A stretch of DNA of 40,456 nucleotides from a virus (lineage: Duplodnaviria; Heunggongvirae; Uroviricota; Caudoviricetes): IMG/VR virus record IMGVR_UViG_2778261534_000007, positions 1 through 40,456 of that record, one strand, 5' to 3'. Position numbers and translations under genes: made by a program. The notes below the pieces were generated by a model, which saw only the letters and a list, made by a program, of their open reading frames with translations, was not told the DNA's origin and did no database searches. This document shows positions 29,255 through 39,298 of the stretch, one piece after another (within the stretch, counting starts at the first letter, position 1; each line of letters opens with the position of its first letter).

Positions 29255-30207
29255 TGGCTGATTCGAATCTCAATGAGCCGGTAATCATTCAGGCTACACG
29301 ACTCGACACATCAGTCCTTCCACGCAATATCTTCTCGCAGTCATATCTGCTGTACGTTATTGCACAGGGTACTGATGTTGGTAATGTGGCTAACAAGGCC
29401 AACGAAGCAGGGAAGGGGGCTTATGATGCACAGGTGAAGAATGATGAGCAGGATGTCACCCTTGCAGACCATGAATCCAGAATTGCTGCTGCTGAAGCAA
29501 CTCTCGTCAATCATGAGCATAGAATCGCAGCAGCGGAAAGCACTCTTGCAGATCATGAAACACGGATTACGGCTGCCGAAACAGAGCTGGCTGATCACGA
29601 GACGCGAATTGCTGCCAATGAATCTGAGTTAGCAAACCATGATGCGCGAATAACTCAGAATACAACCGATATCGACGCACTTGATACCAGGCTCACAGCG
29701 GCAGAGGGAAGTATTTCGACGCTACAAAGCACAGTTGGTGATCACTCAACAAGAATATCTGCGCTTGAGTATGCCACCACGCGCAAGAAATCAGAGGTTG
29801 TTTACTCAGGAGTATCTGTAACAATTCCGACAGCGCCTACCAACCTTGTTAGCCTGCTGAAAACGCTCACGCCGTCATCAGGCACGTTGGCACCATTCTT
29901 CGACACCGTTAACAACAAGATGGTTGTGTTCAACGAGAACAAAACCCTGTTCTTCAAGCTGTCGATTGTCGGGACGTGGCCAAGCGGAACCTCAAACAGG
30001 TCAATGCAGCTAACCTTTTCCGGATCTGTTCCTGACACACTGGTAAGCAGTCGCAACTCGGCGACAACAACCGATAACATCCTGTTAGCTACGTTCTTCA
30101 GCGTGGATAAAGACGGCTTTCTTGCCACAAATGGCAGTACGTTAACCATTCAGTCAAATGGTGCGGCGTTTACTGCCACAACCATCAAGATAATCGCGGA
30201 GCAGTAA
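29254..30207 (+). CDS. Tail needle protein (P22 gp26-like) with C-terminal knob domain
   Basis: N-terminus [43 protein letters not shown]... matches P22 gp26 as recalled; heptad-repeat coiled coil ([14 protein letters not shown]); extra beta-rich C-terminal ~140 aa. Confidence 0.8.
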   Translation: MADSNLNEPVIIQATRLDTSVLPRNIFSQSYLLYVIAQGTDVGNVANKANEAGKGAYDAQVKNDEQDVTLADHESRIAAAEATLVNHEHRIAAAESTLADHETRITAAETELADHETRIAANESELANHDARITQNTTDIDALDTRLTAAEGSISTLQSTVGDHSTRISALEYATTRKKSEVVYSGVSVTIPTAPTNLVSLLKTLTPSSGTLAPFFDTVNNKMVVFNENKTLFFKLSIVGTWPSGTSNRSMQLTFSGSVPDTLVSSRNSATTTDNILLATFFSVDKDGFLATNGSTLTIQSNGAAFTATTIKIIAEQ

Positions 30208-30662
30208 TGATTCAGTTCAAACCAACGCGAAATATCGACCTGATCGAAGCAGTCGGAAATCACCCTGACATTATTGCCGGAAGCAACAACGGTGATGGAT
30301 ACGACTACAAGCCTGAATGCCGTTACTTTGAGGTTAACGTGTACGGTCAGTTTGGCGGCATTGTTTACTATCAGGAGATTCAGCCGCTGACATTCGATTG
30401 CCACGCCATGTACCTGCCAGAGGTTCGTGGCTTCAGCAAGGAAATCGGGCTGGCGTTCTGGCGATACATTCTGACTAACACCACCGTTCAGTGCATCACA
30501 TCGTTCGCCGCACGCAAATTCCGCCACGGGCAGATTTACTGCGCAATGATTGGCCTTAAGCGTGTAGGAACCATCAAGAAATACTTCAAAGGCGTGGATG
30601 ACGTGACTTTTTACAGCGCCACACGCGAAGAACTAATCGACTTCCTGAATCACGGGAGATAG
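30207..30662 (+). CDS. Virion protein at the P22 gp14 position (151 aa)
   Basis: Synteny only (between needle and ejection proteins); sequence not recognisably gp14-like. Confidence 0.45.
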   Translation: MIQFKPTRNIDLIEAVGNHPDIIAGSNNGDGYDYKPECRYFEVNVYGQFGGIVYYQEIQPLTFDCHAMYLPEVRGFSKEIGLAFWRYILTNTTVQCITSFAARKFRHGQIYCAMIGLKRVGTIKKYFKGVDDVTFYSATREELIDFLNHGR

Positions 30663-30664
30663 CC

Positions 30665-31357
30665 ATGTTATATGCATTTAAGCTGGGCAGAAAACTGCGC
30701 GGCGAGGAACCTTATTGCCCTGAAAAGGGTGGGAAAGGTGGCAGTTCTGATAAAAGCGCAAAGTATGCCGCAGAAGCTCAGAAGCATGCAGCAGACCTGC
30801 AAAATCAGCAGTGGCAGACGATCATGAAAAACCTTGCTCCGTTCACGCCTCTTGCGGAGCAGTATGTTAACCAGTTGCAGAATCTTTCCAGTTTAGAAGG
30901 TCAGGGGAAGGCTCTTAATCAGTATTACAATTCTCAGCAGTATAAAGACCTTGCAGGTCAGGCTCGTTACCAGAGTCTTGCTGCTGCGGAGGCGACTGGC
31001 GGACTTGGGTCGACAGCCACAAGCAATCAACTGGCTACGATCGCGCCGACTCTCGGTCAGTCTTGGTTATCAAATCAGATGAGCAATTACAACAATCTGG
31101 CAAACGTTGGGCTTGGTGCGCTGCAAGGTCAGGCAAACGCCGGGCAGACGTACGCCAACAACATGAGCAGCATTGCACAGCAAAGCGCAGCTCTTGCCGC
31201 TGCTAATGCCAATAAACCATCAAGTCTTCAGACAGCAATTAGTGGCGGAACGTCTGGTGCGATTGCCGGTGCAGGTCTTGCCAGCCTTTTGGGAACATCA
31301 ACACCTTGGGGCGCTGGCATTGGTGCTGGTATCGGATTGCTTGGCTCGTTGTTTTAA
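30665..31357 (+). CDS. Ejection (internal virion) protein, P22 gp7-position
   Basis: Synteny and size (230 aa); Gln/Ala/Gly-rich low-complexity C-terminus. Confidence 0.55.
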   Translation: MLYAFKLGRKLRGEEPYCPEKGGKGGSSDKSAKYAAEAQKHAADLQNQQWQTIMKNLAPFTPLAEQYVNQLQNLSSLEGQGKALNQYYNSQQYKDLAGQARYQSLAAAEATGGLGSTATSNQLATIAPTLGQSWLSNQMSNYNNLANVGLGALQGQANAGQTYANNMSSIAQQSAALAAANANKPSSLQTAISGGTSGAIAGAGLASLLGTSTPWGAGIGAGIGLLGSLF

Positions 31358-31366
31358 GGGGTAATC

Positions 31367-32755
31367 ATGGCTACTTGGCAAGGATCAAATGGCGGATTGT
31401 TGGCTGGTATCGGCGGCGTCAACTCAAACGCTCCGAGCGTAAATGACATCGGCAATACGCTTCAGCTTATCAGGCAGAACAATGATATTGAGCGTTCAGG
31501 CGCTAACAATGTTGGGCTGACTGCTTTGCAAGGTCTTTCAGGTATTGCAGGGGTGTTTCAGCAGGAAAAGCAGGCTCAGCGGCAGAAAGAATTTCAGCAG
31601 GCATACGCTAATGCTTATGCGTCTGGTGATCGCGGTGCTTTGCGTCAGTTGGCTACTCAATATCCAGACCAGATTGAATCCGTTCGTAAAGGCATGGGAT
31701 TCATTGATGAAGAGCAGCGTAATTCTATCGGCACCTTAGCAGCTGGCGCACGCCTTGCGGCCTCGTCTCCAGAAGCAATGCAATCATGGCTGCAAAACAA
31801 CGCCAAGGAACTGGCGCGCGTAGGCGTTGACCCTAACAACGTTGCTCAGATGTATCAGCAGAATCCTTCAGGATTTGGTGAGTTTGTTGATCACCTCGGA
31901 ATGGCTGCTCTTGGTCCGATTGATTACTTCAATGTTCAGGACAAGATGGCTGGTCGTGAGATTGACAGAGGCAGACTGGCAGAGACAATCCGCAGCAATC
32001 AGGCCGGAGAGGCGCTAACAGCACGAGGTCAAAACATCACGATGCGCGGTCAGGATTTATCTGCTTCTACTGCGCGACGCGGGCAGGATTTGGCAATGCA
32101 GCGAGCGTCAACAAGAGGAACCGCTGGGAATGACGAGCGTACAGTTCAGTTATCAGATGGCAGAACTGTAACGGTAGGCGGGAAGCTTCACGGCGCTGGG
32201 GCTAATGCGTTCTACGAAGGCATCGACAACGAGGGGAATATGGTTCGCGTTCCTGCCAGTTCAATCGCAGCGCCTGCAACATCGTCTGCATCAGCACAAA
32301 ACTATGCCATGAAGAAGGATATCGACGCGATCGCAAATGCAGACGCTTCTGCTCTCGATTTCATGACAGGAATGACCGGCGGTGCAGGTAACCCGGCAAT
32401 TGGTGCTGATGTTCGCAGCCGATTAACAGGAAAAGAGCAGCGCCAGTTATATAACTCAGCACAACGTATTCAGGGAAGAATGCAGAATCAGGGCGTGGCG
32501 GCAGCAAGGGACATGGGTGCCAGTGGTATTAACACCGTTGCAGAAGCGAAGATGTATTTTCAGGGGATGCCGCAGGTTGACTATTCAAGCCCGGAGGCTA
32601 TGCAGCAGTCGATTCGTGAAATTCAGGAATACACCAACAATTACAACCAACAATATAACGTTAATGTTGGTAAATCTCAGCGGAAGCAATCTCAACCTGC
32701 ACAGGTATCACAGCCAGCAGCCAGCAGTAACTTTTCTTCACTATGGGGTGATTAA
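31367..32755 (+). CDS. Ejection protein, P22 gp20-position
   Basis: Synteny and size (462 aa). Confidence 0.55.
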   Translation: MATWQGSNGGLLAGIGGVNSNAPSVNDIGNTLQLIRQNNDIERSGANNVGLTALQGLSGIAGVFQQEKQAQRQKEFQQAYANAYASGDRGALRQLATQYPDQIESVRKGMGFIDEEQRNSIGTLAAGARLAASSPEAMQSWLQNNAKELARVGVDPNNVAQMYQQNPSGFGEFVDHLGMAALGPIDYFNVQDKMAGREIDRGRLAETIRSNQAGEALTARGQNITMRGQDLSASTARRGQDLAMQRASTRGTAGNDERTVQLSDGRTVTVGGKLHGAGANAFYEGIDNEGNMVRVPASSIAAPATSSASAQNYAMKKDIDAIANADASALDFMTGMTGGAGNPAIGADVRSRLTGKEQRQLYNSAQRIQGRMQNQGVAAARDMGASGINTVAEAKMYFQGMPQVDYSSPEAMQQSIREIQEYTNNYNQQYNVNVGKSQRKQSQPAQVSQPAASSNFSSLWGD

Positions 32756-34752
32756 TGGCTAAAGCATGGAAAGATGTTATCGCCTCTCCACAGTATCAGG
32801 CGTTAGCACCAGAACAAAAAGCGCAGGCTCAGGAGCAATACTTCAATGAAGTCGTGGCCCCGCAAGCCGGAGAAAATGCAGAGCAGGCTAAGCAAGCTTT
32901 CTATGCTGCCTATCCATTGCCATCTGTGCAGCCAGTGGAGACACAACAACCATTAGCACAGCAACAACCACAGCAAAGTGGATTTATGTCTGATCTTGGC
33001 GAAGCAGTAAGAGAGACTGGTCGCGGACTGGTGCAGGCTGGCGTGAACGTGGCAAACATACCTGCATCAGTTGCCGATGCTGTAACAAGTGCGGCGGCTT
33101 GGGCTGGCGGTAAACTCGGCATTGGTGATGGTACATATCAACCAGCGCCACGAGTAACAACGCAGGGATTAGAGCAGGACTTTGGCCTTCAGCAAGGCGC
33201 GCTGACTCCACAAACTACAGAGGGCAGGGTATTTGCTGAGGCATTGCCTTACCTCACTCCTTCTGGCGTTGAGAGAGCGGCGGTACAGGCACCAACACTT
33301 GCTGGTCGAATTGCTCAGGGGGCAACTCGCCTTCTCGCAGAAAACGCAGTTGGATCACTTGCTGCAAACAGTATGAAAGATGATGCGGAAGCACTTGCTA
33401 CCGATTTAGGCGTTGGTGTGCTGGCTGGCGGTGCTATTAACGCTGCCGGACGTGGGTTAGGTGCTGCTTATCGTGGCGTTCGTGGTGCTATTGCGCCAGA
33501 AGCGCAGCAGGCTATCAGATTTGCAGAGCGTGAAGGAGTTCCTCTGCACACCACAGACCTGTTACAGCCTACTTCCCGCGTCGGGAAAATGGCGCAGACG
33601 ACAGCGGAAAATATCCCCCTGGCTGGCACAAGCGGGATGAGAGCAACGCAACAGGAAGCGAGAAGCCAGTTGGTGCAGAGATTTGCTGATAAATTCGGTG
33701 AGTATGATCCAGCTGTTGTTATTGACAGCCTTAAAGCGAAAACATCAGGAATTCGTCGTGCTGCAGGGAACCGTCTTGAGCAGGTTCAGAATGCAATGGC
33801 GGGAGTCAATATCCAGCCTGCTCGAGCAATTCAGCAGATTGATACAGAAATATCTAACCTGCAGAAGCTTGGTAAGGTCGCCGATAACGAGACTATTTCA
33901 AAACTTCAGTCCTATCGTGATGAGCTTGTTCGCAATGCTGGTCCTGATGGTCCGGTAAATCTGGATTTGAAGCAATTAAGCGATCTGCGCAGCCAGTTCA
34001 GAATGGACGTGAAGGGTGAGCGACCAGTGTTACCAAACCGTTCCGATGCCGCCATTCAGCGCGTTTACAAGGCGATGACAGACGATATCAATGGTGCCAT
34101 TGGTCAGAATCTTGGCAACGATACTCTCCGTAAATATCAGCAGGCCAATGCCGTCTACGCTGACGAAGCGGCGAAACTAAAGAATACCAGGCTGAAGAAT
34201 GTTCTCATGAAAGGCGACCTGACGCCGGAAGTTGTCAACAACATGCTATTCAGCAAGAACAAATCTGAAATTAAGACGCTGTATAACTCAGTTGGTCGTG
34301 TTGGCAGGGCGCAAATGCGCAATGGCATCATTGGAAAGGCGATGGAGAAATCTGGCGGATCCCCTGACCAGTTCCTTCGACAGCTTAACATCCTGCAAAA
34401 CCAGACTGGCATCACATTTAAGGGGCAGGACGCTGCTTATCTGAAAGGATTGAAAAACTACCTGCAATCCACGCAGCAGGCTGCAAAAGCGGCAATAACA
34501 ACACCAACAGGGCAGCAAACCATCCCGTTCATTATCGGATATGGGACAGCAATGAACCCGGCGACAACTGGCGCAGCAGTAAGCTACGGACTTCTTACTC
34601 GCGCATATGAGAGCGAGCCATTCAGAAATGCAATGCTCCGAATGGCAAACACCCCACGCGGATCAACAGCCTTTGAGAAAGCAATGCAGCAGGCACAAAA
34701 GGCAATTAACGCTCTGACGCAGGGGGCTAAGTCTGATGCGTTGTCAGAATAG
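32755..34752 (+). CDS. Ejection protein, P22 gp16-position
   Basis: Synteny and size (665 aa); last gene of the rightward late operon before the convergent lipoprotein gene. Confidence 0.55.
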   Translation: MAKAWKDVIASPQYQALAPEQKAQAQEQYFNEVVAPQAGENAEQAKQAFYAAYPLPSVQPVETQQPLAQQQPQQSGFMSDLGEAVRETGRGLVQAGVNVANIPASVADAVTSAAAWAGGKLGIGDGTYQPAPRVTTQGLEQDFGLQQGALTPQTTEGRVFAEALPYLTPSGVERAAVQAPTLAGRIAQGATRLLAENAVGSLAANSMKDDAEALATDLGVGVLAGGAINAAGRGLGAAYRGVRGAIAPEAQQAIRFAEREGVPLHTTDLLQPTSRVGKMAQTTAENIPLAGTSGMRATQQEARSQLVQRFADKFGEYDPAVVIDSLKAKTSGIRRAAGNRLEQVQNAMAGVNIQPARAIQQIDTEISNLQKLGKVADNETISKLQSYRDELVRNAGPDGPVNLDLKQLSDLRSQFRMDVKGERPVLPNRSDAAIQRVYKAMTDDINGAIGQNLGNDTLRKYQQANAVYADEAAKLKNTRLKNVLMKGDLTPEVVNNMLFSKNKSEIKTLYNSVGRVGRAQMRNGIIGKAMEKSGGSPDQFLRQLNILQNQTGITFKGQDAAYLKGLKNYLQSTQQAAKAAITTPTGQQTIPFIIGYGTAMNPATTGAAVSYGLLTRAYESEPFRNAMLRMANTPRGSTAFEKAMQQAQKAINALTQGAKSDALSE

Positions 34753-34842
34753 CTTTTCAAACACCAGGAACGTGCAAAAACCAAATATGTAGAACGCGAG
34801 GTTTATCGTACAACTCTGCATAGGAGATACCTTTGCTGATTG

Positions 34843-35328
34843 TTATCTTATGTTACTGCTACTGTTGCATGTGACTGTATTTCCAAACCCTGAATTGCAG
34901 TTTGTGTAAGTGTCAACGCGTGTTGGATAGGGTTGAGTTATAACAGGCTGTCTCGCTTTTTGCTCGATCGCTTGCATTGTGTTTACAGCCTGATAATTCA
35001 ATAAAGCCTGCTGGAATGCTTGGCTTTGTGCTATTTGTTGGGCTTGTTCTTGGCTTTGTAATTGAACATAAAGATTCTGAAGCTCAAGTCTTGCCTGTGC
35101 GTCACTTATCTTGCCTTCATCGACACCTTGCCCGAGCATCTTTGCAGCAAGGACATACAGCTTAGGTGTTGGTGCTGATGCCATGCGTGAGTCGTTCTTC
35201 ACACTGGCATCAAGGCAATTAGCCATATCGCTAAGCTTTTGATAGCGTTGTTCGCAACTTGCTTGATAGTCACTTACTTTTGCGCATCCAACCAGCAGAA
35301 GCGGGATAATTAACAGTAATTTTTTCAT
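34843..35328 (-). CDS. Phage-encoded lipoprotein (161 aa) in the immI/sieA slot
   Basis: AAGGAGAG RBS; signal peptide with lipobox MKKLLLIIPLLLVGC; Gln-rich helical region; Cys-containing C-terminus; the listed ORF start (35364) is an extension. Confidence 0.7.
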   Translation of the reverse strand: MKKLLLIIPLLLVGCAKVSDYQASCEQRYQKLSDMANCLDASVKNDSRMASAPTPKLYVLAAKMLGQGVDEGKISDAQARLELQNLYVQLQSQEQAQQIAQSQAFQQALLNYQAVNTMQAIEQKARQPVITQPYPTRVDTYTNCNSGFGNTVTCNSSSNIR

Positions 35329-35398
35329 ATGGTTAACTCTCCTTAGTTTTTCACAGGATAGCATGAAGGCAATGCCATTTTAGCCGGAAACTAGATTT

Positions 35399-35698
35399 CT
35401 ATGTTTCCTTTTTATTATTGCTATACATGGTCTTAAGCGTTTCAAAAACCATTTTCTTAACCATATCAGATTGTTGTTCTGCCATACGCTCTGCATCGTC
35501 AATGTAAACGGATGCAGAGCTTTGTTTAGCCAACGATTCTTCAATCGCTGCAATTATCTCTGAGTTCAGCGATCTGTTATTCATCTTCGCACGCTGCTTA
35601 ATTTTCGCGTGGAGTTCATGCGGAAGTCTCAAGTGAAACTGCGCCTCATCGTATTTGCTGTACATCCTTGATGCCTCACCAGTTGGGTGGAATGGCAT
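35399..35698 (-). CDS. mnt: Mnt-like ribbon-helix-helix repressor
   Basis: RHH N-terminus (FHLRLPHELHAKIKQRAKMNNRSLNSEI); C-terminus DAERMAEQQSDMVKKMVFETLKTMY resembles P22 Mnt as recalled; start may be at 35665 (MYSKYD). Confidence 0.7.
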   Translation of the reverse strand: MPFHPTGEASRMYSKYDEAQFHLRLPHELHAKIKQRAKMNNRSLNSEIIAAIEESLAKQSSASVYIDDAERMAEQQSDMVKKMVFETLKTMYSNNKKET

Positions 35699-35786
35699 CG
35701 TAACCTACTGGATAAATACTCAATAGTACCATTTCGGTATGCAATCACATCATGGTTGCATCATATCATTCGTCTGGAGCAATGAA

Positions 35787-38024
35787 ATGTCAGATATCAC
35801 CGCAAATGTTGTGGTAAGCATGCCTTCGCAACTCTTCACTATGGCGCGTTCTTTTAAAGCGGTTGCCAATGGCAAAATTTATATCGGAAAAATTGACACT
35901 GACCCGGTAAATCCTGAAAACCAGATTCAGGTTTATGTAGAGAATGAAGACGGTTCTCACGTTCCTGTTTCGCAACCAATCATCATTAACGCTGCTGGAT
36001 ATCCGGTATATAACGGACAGATTGCCAAATTCGTTACCGTGCAAGGCCATTCGATGGCTGTTTATGATGCGTATGGTGCGCAGCAGTTCTATTTTCCGAA
36101 TGTTCTTAAATATGATCCTGATCAGCTTAAAGTATCTCTATCAGGGAAAGACGGTCTTAAATACATCGGGACATGCCCTGATATAGCAATGTTAAGGACA
36201 ATTGAGCCTGAGCGAGATCAGCAAAAGATTTTCGTCGACTTCCACACTACAGGCATGAAGCCTACAGTATCAGGTGATACTGGTGGTGGTCTGTTTGTGT
36301 CAGATTTCACAGATTCTACTTCTGCAGATGATAACGGCATGGTCATTGTCACTGCGGGTGGTAAACGCTGGAAACGTGATCTTCAAGGTAAGGGGTATGT
36401 AACACCACGTATGTTTGGTGCGTGGATGGATGCTCCATATATTGACTGGAATACTATTCAGGCCACAGGGTATCCTAGAGCGCCAAGCATGGGTGGCGTC
36501 GATTTAACAGGAGTAACAAATGATGGATTAGCACTTAATAAAGCTTATCTAACTAAGCTTCCTGTTTTCATAGACCAGCCCATATATATGGGTAACACTC
36601 AAATTGACATTAGCCAGTTTAGATGGGAAGGGATTAGTCTAAATCTATATGGGATTAATCCACAAAAAAGTATTGTTTATACATCAGGAAGTGGTGGTTT
36701 TGTTATGGGAAGTTGGGGGCACAATCTTAAAGTAAAGAATATGTGTTTTCGCAACGCTGACGATGAATATTCAGGTAGCCCATTGGTCATTTCTGGTCAA
36801 ACACAAACTTTTGGCGGTGGTAGTGAATATGATATTAAAAATAACATATTTCTACATTATAAATTTGCACTTCCCTTATCATGCTTTGTCAGTAATGTTA
36901 CAAACAACCAAGCATATGATTGTATCTATGGTTTCGGTTTGGCTGGCACATCTACTACATTCTCTTCCAACTGGGCAAGGCATTGTGACTACGGATATCT
37001 GTGGGGCGCGGCTATTGATAGAACAACATATGATCCGGTGAACAGTCCTTACCCATTGATGTATGTTAAGGCCACAAATATCGCGTCGGATGGATGTAAA
37101 TTACCACATAAGTTCTATCAATTTAGATCTTTAAGTATTGATGGTCTAGGTATTGAGGGTGTCACAGGAGATCATTGCTTAGATTTTACAGATATAGTTC
37201 AGCAGGATGCTACTTCGCTAATGGAGTTGTCAAATATCTCATGCAATCTTAAGGAAGACAATTCGGTAGGTGTGACGCACTTCATATCATTGCCAACTAA
37301 TGAACAGAATGGACCAACACAAGTTAGGATATTATCTGGATATGTTCGGGCATACAAAGGGATTACCATTCTTAAGAATACATCTGACGAGTCAAGCCAG
37401 TATCAATGCCGTGGGTTTGATATTTGTGATGGGTTCAAATTCATAAAGCAAACAAGCGGTAGTTCTATCGCTGATGACTACGTTAGAGGGAGTAAATATC
37501 ATTCAAGATTCTATGGTGAACATACAGGTATTGGTTATCAGACAGGCTCTAATGGCACTAAACTTTCAGCATTACATCAGGCATCAAATGCAGTATATCC
37601 ACAAGTTATTACAGAGAACGGTACAATACTCATGCCTTATGGGAGGGCTCTCGATATTCTTATAGCAACAGATGGAGAGGAATCGTATTATACTGGTGGT
37701 GTTTTTATTGCCGGTGAGATAAGTATAATTCCTATTAACCAAAATGGATTGGGAGGGGTTAACGAAAATGGAGGGGTTATTTTATTTAGCGTTTCAGCTA
37801 AAGATCAAGCAACGTTATTATCATCAAAAGTTTGGGTAAATAAAATTACAGGAGACAAGCTATTAAATAATGTAGTGGTTTCCAAGTACAACAATGGAAG
37901 CCAAACAATACTAAGGATAAACTTCGCAACAGCAACCATCTCTCAAGCCATATTGCATATTACACTAACCTCACAAGGTCGGATGCATTACTATGATAAG
38001 AGATGGAAAATTGTAACTCCGTGA
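35787..38024 (+). CDS. Tailspike protein: P22-type N-terminal head-binding domain plus divergent beta-helix receptor-binding domain
   Basis: Residues 1-~115 match the P22 gp9 N-domain as recalled ([11 protein letters not shown]...F...[35 protein letters not shown]...VLKYDPDQ); the remainder diverges and is AT-rich; GGAG RBS. Confidence 0.85.
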   Translation: MSDITANVVVSMPSQLFTMARSFKAVANGKIYIGKIDTDPVNPENQIQVYVENEDGSHVPVSQPIIINAAGYPVYNGQIAKFVTVQGHSMAVYDAYGAQQFYFPNVLKYDPDQLKVSLSGKDGLKYIGTCPDIAMLRTIEPERDQQKIFVDFHTTGMKPTVSGDTGGGLFVSDFTDSTSADDNGMVIVTAGGKRWKRDLQGKGYVTPRMFGAWMDAPYIDWNTIQATGYPRAPSMGGVDLTGVTNDGLALNKAYLTKLPVFIDQPIYMGNTQIDISQFRWEGISLNLYGINPQKSIVYTSGSGGFVMGSWGHNLKVKNMCFRNADDEYSGSPLVISGQTQTFGGGSEYDIKNNIFLHYKFALPLSCFVSNVTNNQAYDCIYGFGLAGTSTTFSSNWARHCDYGYLWGAAIDRTTYDPVNSPYPLMYVKATNIASDGCKLPHKFYQFRSLSIDGLGIEGVTGDHCLDFTDIVQQDATSLMELSNISCNLKEDNSVGVTHFISLPTNEQNGPTQVRILSGYVRAYKGITILKNTSDESSQYQCRGFDICDGFKFIKQTSGSSIADDYVRGSKYHSRFYGEHTGIGYQTGSNGTKLSALHQASNAVYPQVITENGTILMPYGRALDILIATDGEESYYTGGVFIAGEISIIPINQNGLGGVNENGGVILFSVSAKDQATLLSSKVWVNKITGDKLLNNVVVSKYNNGSQTILRINFATATISQAILHITLTSQGRMHYYDKRWKIVTP

Positions 38025-38031
38025 TCACCAC

Positions 38032-38051
38032 CCCCCCATGTAAAATGGGGG
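38032..38051 (+). terminator. Hairpin terminator between the convergent tailspike and acyltransferase genes
   Basis: Hairpin CCCCCA-TGTAAAA-TGGGGG followed by an AT-rich run. Confidence 0.45.
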
Positions 38052-38055
38052 ATAT

Positions 38056-39054
38056 TTATATTAAATGTTTTGTTATTTTATTCTTTGATAGTAAATAACA
38101 AATTAAAGCTGAAATTGCGAAATATATTATGGTGAGTACAGGTATCATATACCATGCATTAACAGGACTGTAGCCAAACTTTATCTCTCTGACTAATATA
38201 AAATGTATGAAATAGATACCAAAAGATAGTCCTGAAATTGTCCTTATAAAGGAAAGCACATGATCAGATACACGATCCTTAACTGAAATGCAAAACATGA
38301 ACGTGAAGATAGCACTTGCAAAAACAAATGGAGCAGTATTTTTAAAGAAAAGCTGTTCCGGCCTACCAACCTTGCTGGACCACCATATTGTAGCTAAAAC
38401 AGTAGCCACGCTAAAGAAGACAACAAGCAGGAAATAAATTATCCAACTAATAGTTGAAATTCTGTCTCTATATCTTCTTAGTATAGCGCCAACAAGAATG
38501 TATATGCCATTCTCTGAAATAAAATCCAACTTAAGCCATGTAAGGCTAAACATTGTTCTGTGAATGTACGGAACGAGTGAGTGAACGTAAAACAACATCG
38601 CTATTATCATCAGTATATAATACGATGGCAAATTCTTAAGTGGATTACTTATTATTGGTAAAAACATATACATGCAAATATATGTATACATAAACCATAA
38701 ATGGACCTCTGAATGTTGAAATAATGACGATATTTTAAGTCCGTTATAGTGATTATTATATAAAAAATAAAACAGCCACCAAAACATAAAAGGAATAAAG
38801 AGTTTTCTAACCCCTTTTGCTAAATGATTTGAAGCCTCTATCTCCTTTTTATAATAAAGGTATCCTGTTATTATAAAGAATAACCCAATACATTGTCGTG
38901 TAAATGAACTATACGTTGTTATAGTATTCCATGAGTCGCTGAATGCAAGGAAGTAAGCTCCTGACGCATGTAACATAACCACAAGAAAGATAGCTAAACT
39001 TCTTGCTATATGCACTTCATTTAACTCTATTCTATTTTGTCGAATATCAGACAT
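38056..39054 (-). CDS. Integral-membrane acyltransferase (acyltransferase-3 family; O-antigen acetylase Oac-like), 332 aa
   Basis: About 10 predicted TM helices; N-terminal motif RSLAIFLVVMLHA typical of the acyltransferase-3 family; very AT-rich; located between tailspike and integrase, where seroconversion genes sit in P22-like phages. Confidence 0.75.
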   Translation of the reverse strand: MSDIRQNRIELNEVHIARSLAIFLVVMLHASGAYFLAFSDSWNTITTYSSFTRQCIGLFFIITGYLYYKKEIEASNHLAKGVRKLFIPFMFWWLFYFLYNNHYNGLKISSLFQHSEVHLWFMYTYICMYMFLPIISNPLKNLPSYYILMIIAMLFYVHSLVPYIHRTMFSLTWLKLDFISENGIYILVGAILRRYRDRISTISWIIYFLLVVFFSVATVLATIWWSSKVGRPEQLFFKNTAPFVFASAIFTFMFCISVKDRVSDHVLSFIRTISGLSFGIYFIHFILVREIKFGYSPVNAWYMIPVLTIIYFAISALICYLLSKNKITKHLI

Positions 39055-39298
39055 TACGCACCCACCACAATTTTATTTGTATGATTTATATGCTTTTAAA
39101 TTTAAGATTATTTTGTCCTTTTTCTATCACGTAACCATGAGCGAGATGATACTTAAAAAAACAGTGCTGCGAATTTATTCTATCATCCAAGGCTCCATCG
39201 ATCGATACTTGCGGTAGTTGATGAGGAAAAGCTATGGTACACAAAGCTTTGCACTGGATTGCAAGGTTTTGTTTCTATCAGATAGTGGTTAAGCTGGA

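Noticed and set aside
29441-29700. Tandem degenerate repeats in the tail-needle DNA as a possible VNTR or regulatory repeat
   Set aside because: The periodicity reflects the heptad coiled-coil coding sequence; there is no evidence of independent function.
35739-35786. Upstream extension of the tailspike ORF (listed start 35739)
   Set aside because: The P22-type N-terminus begins at the MSDITANV Met at 35787, which has a GGAG RBS; the upstream codons overlap the mnt-tailspike regulatory region.
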